A DNA stretch of 63,205 bases, counting the filler, from Phoronis australis (Eukaryota > Animalia > Phoronida), in the NCBI GenBank assembly GCA_002633005.1. It is 9 parts of 9 records of this genome, joined end to end, with 100 filler letters (N's around TTAATTAATTAA, not from the genome) between each part and the next. Parts side by side here need not be neighbours in the genome. Positions count along the whole stretch, not along the records: positions 34,535 to 41,917 come from NMRA01002024.1; positions 42,018 to 56,311 come from NMRA01000669.1; 7 more parts are not named here. One strand, 5' to 3'. The notes below the pieces were generated by a model. It saw only the letters and a program-made list of their open reading frames with translations. It did not search any database and was not told where the DNA came from. This document shows positions 40,080 to 51,309 of this stretch, in pieces. The number at the start of each line of letters is the position of its first letter. Position 1 is the first letter of the stretch. A program made the position numbers and the translations under genes.

Positions 40080-40568
40080 GACAGAATTTGCTTCTTTGCA
40101 CTATTATTCCCATCTCTATCATTATTAGATTTTGCACTTTCAATTATTTACATCTTCCGTTACTAGATTTTACGGAAATTTGTAATCAATGTTATTATTC
40201 CAGTCTATACTATTTTTAATTTTCCACAAATTTCCCGTCTATACCATTATTCCCTAGAATTTGCCGTTTTGCATTATTATTCTCTTCTATATCATTATTA
40301 GAATTTACCTAAATTTGTAATCAATATTATTATTCCAATCAATGCTACGTTAAAATTTCCACAAATATGCCGTCTATACCATTATTCCATTCTATACTAT
40401 TATTAATTTTTTCCGACAGTTTCCGGTCTATACTATTATTTTGCTTTTCTAGTGGCAAAAATGTTGAGTCTATACTATTATTAGAGTCTCTACTATTATT
40501 GAAAATCGTGAAATTTTCCAGTCTATACTATTATTGCTGTCTCTACAGCTATTCGGAACTCCAGAGTA
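40080..40568. repeat. Degenerate array of TCTATACTATTATT-like motifs, probably the end of a TA-flanked MITE
   Basis: More than ten spaced copies of the motif, ending ATTCGGAACTCCAGAG-TA. Confidence 0.55.
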
Positions 40569-40782
40569 TATGCTTGTTGTTATAGAATCAACTCACATTT
40601 AGTGTCAGGTTGAATGAGGATAAGACATTGTGTGTAGAGGTTTGGGCTGCAAAATCAAAATGAACTTGATATTATGACAAATGTTGAATCCCTCTTGCTA
40701 ATTCAAAAATGTTACAAAATGCATCTGTTCTTCACTTCATAACCTGTTTTCAAGCAACTGGCGCGACTCAAAAACTAACTTA

Positions 40783-40803
40783 CACACGCACGCACGCACG
40801 CAG

Positions 40804-40849
<46 letters not shown>
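40783..40849. repeat. Compound (GCAC)n(CA)n microsatellite
   Basis: Directly visible. Confidence 0.95.
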
Positions 40850-40852
<3 letters not shown>

Positions 40853-42600
40853 ACAGCTTGAGCACTCTTATTTCTGTTTTAATGTTATTCTAGATGTAAT
40901 GACATTTAGTGACAACAGTCAGTGGTAAGATTTGGATAGTTACATTACCCTTTTAAAGATATTTTCATATTTTGTATCACTTAAAGGACAATAAACAGTG
41001 ACTTAAAGAAGAAATCCCTTTATAGATTTGCTTTCAGTATGGATTCTTATGGTGCATGGTGAGCTGCTACAAACAAGAACATTATGGCTTGTGCAAGACC
41101 TCAGGCTAAATGTGGGGTCGCTACCATGGCAATGGCACAGATTACAGGCTATCGTCGCAAAAGCTCCACGTTTGACATGCTAGCGTGGCAAAGCGCCACA
41201 TTTTACACGCTATGTGGCAAAAACGCCACGTTTGACACGCTGAGCGCATCGAACGTGGAGTATCAGAACGAAAAGGACACGTTTTTGCCACGTTTGACAC
41301 GCTACGTTGTACACGTTTGACACGCCACATTTTACACGATTACTGAAATCTATTTTTAAGTTAAAGTTTGCATACATTTCTAACGTTTTTCTTGGCCTTC
41401 GTTGAGTAATATCTGTGCAGCACACCCAGACGGTGGCTGATGCATGTTCAGACACTTCTTGAAAATGCTCCTCATTTTTTAGGTACAAAATATTCAGAAA
41501 TTTATCATAAAACACAGAGTTAACAGTAGTTGCAGTTTTGCTTTTGGACTCGACGCCTTTTGATTACTTTGATAACGAATTTAAAAATTGACTTATATTT
41601 GACCGTAGAGAACCTAATCTGGTGTAGTGCTATAGGTAACCAAAAGGAGGCATGCATTGATAATGTTTATTGTTTTCCTGAACCCAAATATACTGTAGCA
41701 ATTTCGAGACTTTTTGTGATTTACGTGTTGTTCATTTGAAAAAATTCAGGATATATTAAGAAAACTTGTTAACAATATTTTTATTTTACGTTTTTGTTCA
41801 GTTTTGAAAACGAATATCATAGTATTGGCATATGAAAACACAACATGCACTATGCTTTATGCATGACTTACTAATAGAAAAAGGCCTTAATAATTAATAC
41901 ATAGCCATTCACATCGCNNNNNNNNNNNNNNNNNNNNNNNNNNNNNNNNNNNNNNNNNNNNTTAATTAATTAANNNNNNNNNNNNNNNNNNNNNNNNNNN
42001 NNNNNNNNNNNNNNNNNTAAATTGCCGCATGTTTTGAAGTCGCCTGACTTCCACTTTTCAACTTCAAAGTTGACATCACATGCCATCAGCACCGGAAGGA
42101 AGGGATCAATAATCGAAACAATAGTATCACAATGCTCGATCAGTCAAAAATGAACATTGTCTTATTTTCCTTGAACAGTTTTTGAGTGTCAAAAAAAACC
42201 TGTTGTGGACAATCAGATTTCTCATATGCAGTGGGCTGAAACGTATCAGCCAGTGTGTCAGCTGCGATGTTTGGAAACTTTAGTAACTATCACAGATTTT
42301 CCTGCCTGAGTAAGTTTAATAGTGCTCCTTTTGTCCACTGCTTAAAACCTTTAATTTGGTTTTGTCACATGATTTGAACTGTAAGTCTAATAGATGGCCA
42401 ATGAATATTGTTATTCATTGATGGCTGTATCATGAATATGGACTAGACTTATGATTCACATTTTATCTGTTCAAATAAGACACTTCAACTGTACCATTCA
42501 GGGATATGGTGCAACCTGTGGGAGTAAAAATGCTGTGACTGAAAAATGTCTCAAAATGTCATGCACTGTGCCTTATCGTTTAGCCATTTCCTCTTCTTAA

Positions 42601-43800
42601 AGGTCATTCTGCACCCCTTTACATCTTGTCTTGGACTTAACTTACGAAATGATATTCCGATTCTCATGAGTTTGATGACGTCACAGCGCAATCGGTCCGG
42701 CCCATAGACAGCTATGGTCCGGCCATTGACAGACAGACCGGACCTGAGTAAACCTGCAAGAAAAACTACAGTGCATTAATCCGTAAAAATTGGTTGATAA
42801 CGTTCCAGAGACATGTAGAAGAGTTAACGGTTTTCTTGTAGCTGCTGGGTACATGTCAAATGTAATTAATTACTTTTCATTGTCAAGAAAGTCGTCCTGG
42901 CTGCTCGCCTAGCCGTTGTAAGTTCGATGACGTCACAACGGCACTCGGTCAGGCTGGCGCCAGCCCGGACCAAGTAAACCTGCAAGGAAAACCACAGTGT
43001 AGAGCCGGAGGAAATGGTTGATAACTTTCTGAAGACACGTAGAAGAGGTAATGGCTTTGTTGGAGCTGCTGGGTACATATCAAATGTAATTAATTACTTT
43101 TCATTGGCGTCAAGTATGCCGTACTGGACTTCGCGAGCCAACCTTATGTGCGCTGCGCACATAAGGTTCGCTGCCCAGATCTGATTCGGTCCGGCCAGTG
43201 TCGGTACCCTGCCAAGTAATTCTGCAAGCAAAAAAGAAGTGTATGGAGCCTTAAAAATTGCTCGACAACCTTCTAAAGACACGTGGAAGAGGTTATGTTT
43301 TTATTCGAAATGCTGGGTACATGTGACTAAGTTTCGTCGGACCTGGCACTACAGAGCCAGCCCAAGTAAAACTTCATGTTTTGAGACGCAAAAAGCGTCT
43401 TTCTCTATTCTGTGGAACAATATGGTGTGAAGTTGTTAACGATCAGTTATTACAAATATAGACGAAAGTTCGAAACATCGATAGCCCGGCTCGTTGCCAT
43501 ACGTGGTTCCGGCCGGCGGCAGCGCAATAATCGTGGTGTCAAGTCAAGTGCCGAGCAATACAAGAAAAGCAAATGGTTCTTTAATAGTAAAAAGCACAAG
43601 AAACTATTCAAAAGAAGCGATATTTGAAGAAAAAAATGAAATATTCCGATTCAGTCGAGCTTGATGACGTCACAGAGCGCACTCGAGACGGACTGGACCC
43701 CGGCTGGCAAGTACTACAAGCAAAACTACAGCATATTCAGCCGTAAAATTTGGTTGATATTCTCTAGAGAAAAACAGATGCAAAGGGTGAAATTATATGT
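42601..43800. mobile_element. Putative Kolobok-like non-autonomous element with ~230-250-bp internal repeats
   Basis: Begins TTAA|AGGTC. Repeated blocks GATGACGTCACA...AGTAAACCTGCAAG...GCTGCTGGGTACAT. Weak THAP-like YCAAAGRNH...GLSMF on - at ~43455-43540. Right end not identified. Confidence 0.4.
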
Positions 43801-44369
43801 GAAATTTAAATGTTTAGTTTGTCTGCGTTGCGCATTTTTCAGTGACTCTATCCAGTTCGCCCGCCCTCTAGTTTTTCAGTGCCACTTGACGGAGGTATCT
43901 CAGTACTCGGTCTGCGAGGTCCGACCGTGTAAGCCGACCAAGTTAATTTGATCGGGTAGCCTACTTGGTCTACGACATTGCCAAGAAGAAGAAACGTGTT
44001 AATTTATCATCATAATTAGTCTCCTACACAGACCCACGAGATTGGTTGGGGTCTGCTACAGCGCACTTTTCCATGTGCATTCTTGGAATATCATTGGCTG
44101 TTCCGATTTCAAGAAACAAGGCANTTCTATTGGTAAGTTGTACAATAGGTCAAACAAGTTCACCAATGAAGGAATGTCAATGGATTTACAGCTGCTTAAA
44201 TCTTTTCGTTTTCATCAAACCATGGGCGGCGCAGCACGGAAAAAAGTGGGGGACTATAGCCCCCCAGCCCCCTATGGTGTGCCTCCTCCCATCCAAACAC
44301 CCGCATTTCAAAGCTAGCGAGTAAAGGAACGCCGACCAGTAACGTATATGAAACATTTCATGATAATTA

Positions 44370-44650
44370 CATGCGCGCACCCAGCCTTCAATATGGGGGG
44401 CTCGAGAATTCCTGGCGACGTGTGGACCTTTCACTAATAAAGTAGTTAGTTGACTAAAAAAAGAAACAGTACCACGATCGGAGCTGTACGTGCTGTGAAT
44501 TTGTATTCTGCGTTTGCGCCTTTTTAGTGGACTTTTTATCTCGTTTTCGTGGACTTTTAGTTTCTCTGTGGCGGACCTTTTTACCCACTTCGCCATATGG
44601 GGGGAGGGGTCGTTCGAGCCCCCCGAGCCCCCGCGTCGGGTGCGCGCATG
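44370..44650. mobile_element. MITE with 13-bp perfect TIR and 5-bp TSD (AATTA)
   Basis: CATGCGCGCACCC / GGGTGCGCGCATG. AATTA at 44365-44369 and 44651-44655. Confidence 0.9.
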
Positions 44651-44975
44651 AATTATGTTGTATTCTGTGCTGGATTCTGAAGTGTTATGGATTATTTCGA
44701 AATATTTTGTGGAACAGATAGTAGCCAATAAGCCACACACAACAGTCACTTACTTTAGACATAACACTGAATAGCAGGAAAAGGAGTAGCTGAGTGAGTC
44801 GAGGCCACGGGAGTTTGTCTCGATCTTCTTAGAGCACAGCCTCTCATACGTTAAAGGCGAAGGTAACCTTTTTTCATGTCACTTTTAGCAAAAATAAAGG
44901 TTCGTTGATTGTCCCAGACACATTTTTCACTTAATTACAGCTTTTCGTAATTTGATTAATTTCTCGTCCTCTACT

Positions 44976-44988
44976 CCGGAAGTGACGT
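44976..44988 (+). promoter_or_regulatory. Overlapping ETS-CRE composite motif CCGGAAGTGACGT
   Basis: Exact match to the composite motif known from animal housekeeping promoters. No linked gene identified. Confidence 0.3.
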
Positions 44989-45633
44989 TTTGGGAGGCAA
45001 GAGTTTCGCTACCCTCTGACACAGCGCCACCTATACTGCAAAGTGGCCCTGTGGAAACATGATGACCGACACACGGAATTCCGTGTGTGGGCATCAATGC
45101 GCATGCCCTGGTTTTACTTCCGATGTAAACAAAATGGTTCACTGTGTGCGTGAAAAGGTACCGGGTATATTGCTTTGTGTTCTGTTGCACTGGAATAATA
45201 ATCATTTTGATGGAGTGCATTTGGACTCATCCTGAATCTAATTTACTGATTTTAGACGTTTTATGTCCACGTTAGTTGTATAAAGGTCGAAATTGTGAAC
45301 TTTCTAAGTCGTCATAGTTGTGTCTAGTAAGCCAAGTCCAAGCGCGAGCGTGTTGGGTAGCTCTATGTTTAAAAAAAAACACCGTGGTATATGCCTGTGG
45401 TGCCAAGCTGATTAGCCTTGCTTTTTTATTGTCTTCTGTCTTTACAGCCGTCACTACAACTACCAGAGTGTTTTTAGGTTTTTGATGTGATCAATTGTTA
45501 CTTTGTCTAATATCAGGTCAGATAGTGTTTGTGTGAGTCAGAGGTTGAAGACTGTGTTGTTAAAATACAGTTCAAACTTTTCAGGTGATCAAGGCATGTC
45601 AAGTAGGCCAGTACACCTGTGAAGACTCAGAGT

Positions 45634-45881
45634 CGATCTTGCTGTGTCTGCAACTGTCCACTCACCAAGGGACGTTTTTCTAATATTGAAACATTTAGCA
45701 TTGTACAGTGGTGTCAACATTTTTGAGGGGATTATCAGCATAAATTGTGAAAGACTCTACGATCTTGCTGTGTCTGCAACTGTCCACTCACCAAGGGACA
45801 TTTTTCTATTATTGAAACATTTAGCATTTTGGTGGCGTCAATATTTTTGAGAGGATTATCTGCATAAATTGTGAAAGACTC
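45634..45881. repeat. ~126-bp tandem duplication (2 copies)
   Basis: CGATCTTGCTGTGTCTGCAACTGTCCACTCACCAAGGGAC...GCATAAATTGTGAAAGACTCT occurs twice. Confidence 0.93.
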
Positions 45882-47821
45882 TTAAAGACGATTCACACCA
45901 AAGTGACTCATTTCAAATCAATAATTAAACAAACTCAGAAGTTGTACAGACCCAAACGTTGTGCAGTGGAGAGCCCAACTCTACCCTAGGCCAGATCTGA
46001 AGTAAGAGGTGACCAGCGCAGAGAAACCCGTCGCAAACTTATTGAGCTCCAGCCAGCATCAGCTGTTCAACAAGTACAGAAACGCGCACCAGCTGATGAG
46101 TATATTTGCATTGATTTAGCACTGAACACTTCTCGAAATCTGCAAGTTCATCTTCGTCTGAAAAGAAGGTTGTAGAAATTCCGTTATAATGCCCTGTGCA
46201 ATCTAGAAGTCAGCCTCTTTGTCTGGTACAGCGAGTGATATCGTATGTCCTGTCAAGTAGCTTAGTGGAGGTTAAGGTATGTCACGTTCATCTTGGCTTA
46301 AAAACAACTTTATTTTAAAGTCAGTGTAAATTGTGGCATTTTAGTACAATTTACAATACATGCCCATAGCCAGAATAAGAAAATGTAGAAAATTTGAAAG
46401 AACAAATACTAATTGATGCAAATCTGAAGAGTTTTCTTCAACAACTTGTATTTCAGATAAACATAGCATCTCTTTTGAGAAAGTTCTCTCTGTGGTCTAT
46501 GTTTGCTAAACAGTGAACCAATGCATGAGCAGGTAATACATGAATACAATGCTACCTTGAAGGAGAGACATTTAAAGTTATTTTTTGTTTTATTTTTTTA
46601 AGTTGTTACTGCTACTTAAGGTGTAAGCAGCCAAAATTCTACTACAGTCAAACATTGTTAGAATGAGCCAGTTTTTAACGTTTGCTCACTCATAACATTC
46701 TTTTCCGTAAGTCCTAAGACAGCCATACCACTTGGAAATTACTTTGGTTAAATTTAACTTCAGATACAATGGGTTTTTTCAAAAGTCTTGAGAGGTTTTG
46801 TTATAACATGATTTTACTGTGTGTAAGTGCTTCACGGTATATTGTTGACCTTTCTCTAGATGTAAGGGAATGTACAAGTCAGGTGGTAGGAGTGTGCCTT
46901 CTACAGCTTAGTTTTCTGTTTCCAGTGTCAAGAGGGATGCTAGTAACCCTCCTGGCATATCCTGTAATGACTGTGGCCTTTCGAACTTTAATTTATAGAT
47001 GCTTCTTCTGACTTTCTACTTTGAGAGATGCTTAATGTTCTCTAGCTATTTATCCGTCACTGGTGTGTGACTGCGCAAGCATTCTGGGGACTAATTATTC
47101 ATTGGTGAATGTGCATGCTCAAAAATTTTGAAAACCTATAAGAAATGAAAAAATATTCAATGCATGGTAAAAAATTCTCCAGTTTGGGACAATGAACTTT
47201 TAAATGATTTCNNNNNNNNNNNNNNNNNNNNNNNNNNNNNNNNNNNNNNNNNNNNNNNNNNNNNNNCTATGTTGACACAAAATGCATTGCGAAATTTAAT
47301 ATAAATATGATGGACAACACCAAAATAAATCATTGTCTCTAAGCATGAAAATTCAACTTTGGCTGGTCGTATTTTAGTGGCTGCCCCAAACTGGAGAATA
47401 TATATATAGACTAAAAGTGGGTGGACCCTCAAGAAGAGGTCTCATTGCCGCATTCTCACTGCTTGTGATCCTTTTTTAGTGCCCACATACACACTGGGAT
47501 TGGAAATCAGCTTTTCCTGTAACATTGTTGTCTACAGCATACTCTTTTGTTTGTTTAAATATCAAAATAACTTTTGTGGAAACTGGTGGTATGTATTGTA
47601 GTGTACTTAAGTATGCCTGTTTTGATCATACTTCATTCGGATAAAATTCCGGTTCCATGATGAGATGCTGAACAAATAATTGCAGTTGACATGCTTAAAA
47701 AATTACATCTAGCTCTGAGGAATATGCACATTTTTAGAAATTGCCATTTTGTCATGATTATTGCCTGTTATAATTAAATCTGAAGCTGTTGTTAACAGAG
47801 GGTACATTATGTAGTCATAAA

Positions 47822-47885
47822 GAAACTGTTATTTTTAAAAAAATGAAACTGTTATTATTTAAAAAATGAAACTGTTATTATTTAA
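47822..47885. repeat. Short tandem repeat (~23 bp x3)
   Basis: GAAACTGTTATT(A)TTTAAAAAAT is repeated. Confidence 0.85.
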
Positions 47886-48271
47886 TCCTGATTGAAGTGT
47901 GCAAATTTTCCAGGTATTTGACTGTCTTTCTGCTATTGGTATAATTCTTAATGTATCACTATGCTAATTTGGTGCCAGGCATTTAACAATAATAAAGTGT
48001 TTCTGTTAAGAATTGTTTCTGCTCAGGCAAGTTGAATTTTAAAATTTTGCTGATCTGATGCTCTATGTTTCTTATCCTTGTCATCCCTGATTTTGTGGAT
48101 TTTGTTAAATGGCTTTCGGATTCGGTATTGAAAAAATTGATGATCAATTGTTGGCCGTGTTAGAGTTCGTGAGGCTTGATTTTAGCAAGTCTGATTGTTA
48201 TCACCTAGCTCCTGCTTGCCCACTTGCCAAACCAGATCAAGGCTATGTTGGCCATTGTGATCGACTAATAG

Positions 48272-48509
48272 CAGGGGCGGATCCAGGATTTTGAGTTAGG
48301 CGGGGCCAGGGGATAAACAGAATTTCGGCAGATTTTGTGTTTGAGGACCTGTTGACTAAAAAAAAAGAATGGGGTATGCATTGCCTAATCACCCCCGAGC
48401 CCCCCTGGTTGCGAGCATGTGCAATTCGCATCAGAACTCCCAAATGGTATCTGTTAGAATTTTAGAGGGGCCATGACCCCCTTGCCCCCCGGCCCTAGAT
48501 CCGCCACTG
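48272..48509. mobile_element. MITE, CAGGGGCGGATCCAG family, perfect 5-bp TSD (AATAG); a further end at 1-20
   Basis: CAGGGGCGGATCCAG / CTAGATCCGCCACTG. AATAG at 48267-48271 and 48510-48514. Confidence 0.9.
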
Positions 48510-48604
48510 AATAGAGCCAAGTTACGTGACCCCATGTAATTATGAAAACAAAGTTTGTGTTCACCAGTTCACCTTCTTCAACAAAAGAAAGAATTAGAGC
48601 TTCC

Positions 48605-51309
48605 CTGTTTGTTCGCACTCTACAGGTCGCAATTTTGGTCCGATTTTTACGAAATTTGCACACAACGTGTAGATCGGAAAATCCTAGAAGCGCATTGTTT
48701 TTAATCATTATCGGATACAAAATGGCGGACATGGCGGCCATTTTGTATCCGATTTCACAGTCAAATGCTCGTAGAGGCCGCATTTTTCGACGTACATGGC
48801 TGAAAATCGGTACGAATTTACTACACCGCATGTTCTACAAATGTGCAGAAAATCGTTGGCTTTTATGTAAAGATGGCGGAAATATTGGACGTGGCGCATG
48901 CGCACCCCGAAATATGGCTAAAAACGTTTTCTCCTGTAGGGGGCGCATTTGCAAATCAATCACTTTCAAACTGGTCACGTGTTTGTTGAGTTTAATAAGC
49001 TTATATAAAAAATTATTGAACCGGAAGTCACTTTCAAGATGGCGGCTGTGGCGCATGTTCACACGGTTTCAATCGCTCTGGTGTCGCATTTTTTATGGGA
49101 AGAGCAAATGACGCGAATTTTTGCATGTGGATTCCTTGACGTATGGCATTTCAAAAAGTCTGCGAGAGCGTATTTCTCAGATTTACCGTTTTCGAGTTAT
49201 TTGACTTTGAATTTCAAAAAAAAACGGCAAATTTCCAATTTTCTCGAAAAATCTTTGGATTTTTGCCAAACTACCACATTAGATAGAGATTTGAACGGGC
49301 TTTCAGAAGATACTTTCCATTTTGCGCTACGACGTCTACTTTTTGAATTACTCGAGATTTTCGGATACCGTTGTCCCTATGCAAGCGCGCAGGTGGCTGG
49401 CTTTCAGTTCACTTTGTTTTGGTTATGCCTAGTTGACCCAGACTGACCCAGCCAGCACTGTCCTACTTTAAAGCATGGCTCGTCCGTCATGTTGCGCCAT
49501 CTATTGTTCTTTATTGTAGTTGATTAAATGCTCTCTATTTGATTTTTTATTTTTGTTTGTTCGCACTCTACAGGTCGCAATTTTGGTCCGATTTTCACGA
49601 AATTTGCACACAACGTGTAGATCAGGAAGTCCTAGAAGCCTTTTAGTTTTGGTCATGATTGGATACAAAATGGCGGACGTGGCAGCCATTTTGTATCCGA
49701 TTTCACAGTCAAATACTCGTAGAGGCCGCATTTTTCGACCTACATGGCTGAAAATCAATACGAAAATACTAGAACGCATGTGCTACAATTGTGCAGAAAA
49801 TCGTTTACTTCCGGTTAAAGATGGCGGAAATATTGGACGATGCGCATGCGCACCGCGAAATATGGCTAAAAACGTTTTCTGCTGTAGAGGGCGCAATTGC
49901 AAACCAATCACTTTCAAACTGGTCACGTGTTTGTTGAGTTTAATAAGCTTTTATAAAAAATTATTGAACCGGAAGTCACGTTGAAGATGGCGGCTGTGGG
50001 GCATGTTCACACGGTTTCAATCGCTCTGGTGTCGCATTTTTTATGGGAAGAGCAAATGACCTGAATTTTTGCATGTGGATTCCTTGAAGTATGGCCTTTC
50101 AAAAAGTCTGCGAGAGCGTATTTCTCCTCCGAGCGCTCTCGTTTTGTTTGTTCGCATGATACAGGTCGCAATTTTCGTCCGATCATCACGAAATTTATAC
50201 ATAACACGTAGTTCCGGAAGTTCTGGAAGCCTATTGTTTTTCGGCAAAATCGGATCTAAGATGGCGGCTGTGGCGGCGATTTTGTTTTCATTTAAAGGTT
50301 CAAATGCTTCTGGATGCTACATTTTTTTACGTAAAAGGCTAAGAATCGGCACGGCAAATGAACTGTAAGTTTGCTACAAGTATACCGGAAATTGTTTACT
50401 TCCAGTTAAAGATGGCGGAAAAATCGGCTATCGTGTATGCGCACCTCGATTTTGCCCTAAAAACGTTTTCTCCTGTAGACGGCGCATTATGTGACCAATT
50501 CCTTTGAATTTTTACAGGTATTAGTTTCTTGTGACATGCTATTATACGAAGCCAAAAAACCGGAAGTTGCTTTCAAGATTGCGGTTCTGGGGCATGTTGA
50601 CCTATTTTCTGTCGTGCTGATGTGCCACCTAAACGCGATGAGAAAATGACGTGTGAATTTTTGCATGTGGATTCTTTGAGGTATATTCTTTCAAATGAAC
50701 TCTAACAGTTTTTTCTCAGACTTAACGTTTTTGAGATATTCGACTTTAAATTTCTTAAAAAAACCCAAAATTTCATTTTTTTCGAAAGAAATTACGGAAT
50801 TTTGTGATACTATGAATTTGGATAGAATTTTGAACAGGCTTTCAGAAGATGTTTTCCATTTTCCGCTACAACGTCTACTTTTTGAGTAATTTGAGATTTT
50901 CTGATAACGTTGTTCCTTTGTTGAGCGCTCTTGCTGCATTAATGTTGGTTTAGCTTCTATTGAACTAGACTGTAGCCTATTTCTTATTGATTGATGACAA
51001 GTTCGTCATATGAATGTTATGATGTTGTTCATAATCGCCACCACCATCGTCTTCTTCGTCATCATCTCCGACGTCGTCTTTTCTTCGATAATTTCGCCAA
51101 GTGTCGCTCAAGACTAGCCTATTTCTTAGCGATTTCTGACCTCTACGTTCGTAATATGAATGATATCATAACTTGCATTGTCCATCATCGCCACCATCGT
51201 CGTCATAGCTGTCATCTTCGTCATCATCTCTGTCGTCGTCTTTTCTCGTCATCTCTAACGTGGTTTTTTGGTTAATTTCGCCAAGTTTCGCTCCTCGGAG
51301 CGCTTTCAT
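48605..51309 (-). mobile_element. Inverted copy of complex repeat element B with three ~550-bp units
   Basis: Reverse complement of 18746-20563. TTTGTTCGCACTCTACAGGTCGCAATTTT-type unit ends at ~48608, 49555 and 50147; head ends CGCTTTCAT at 51309. Confidence 0.88.

Noticed and set aside
41375-41475. Mitochondrial-targeting-like peptide as the missing CSKMT first exon
   Set aside because: In-frame stop upstream, no ATG in frame, wrong phase, and on a different contig.
48454-50368. Family of similar 90-190 aa ORFs, also at 19530-20602
   Set aside because: They come from repeat element B, open on both strands with inconsistent starts and stops, and show no domain motifs.
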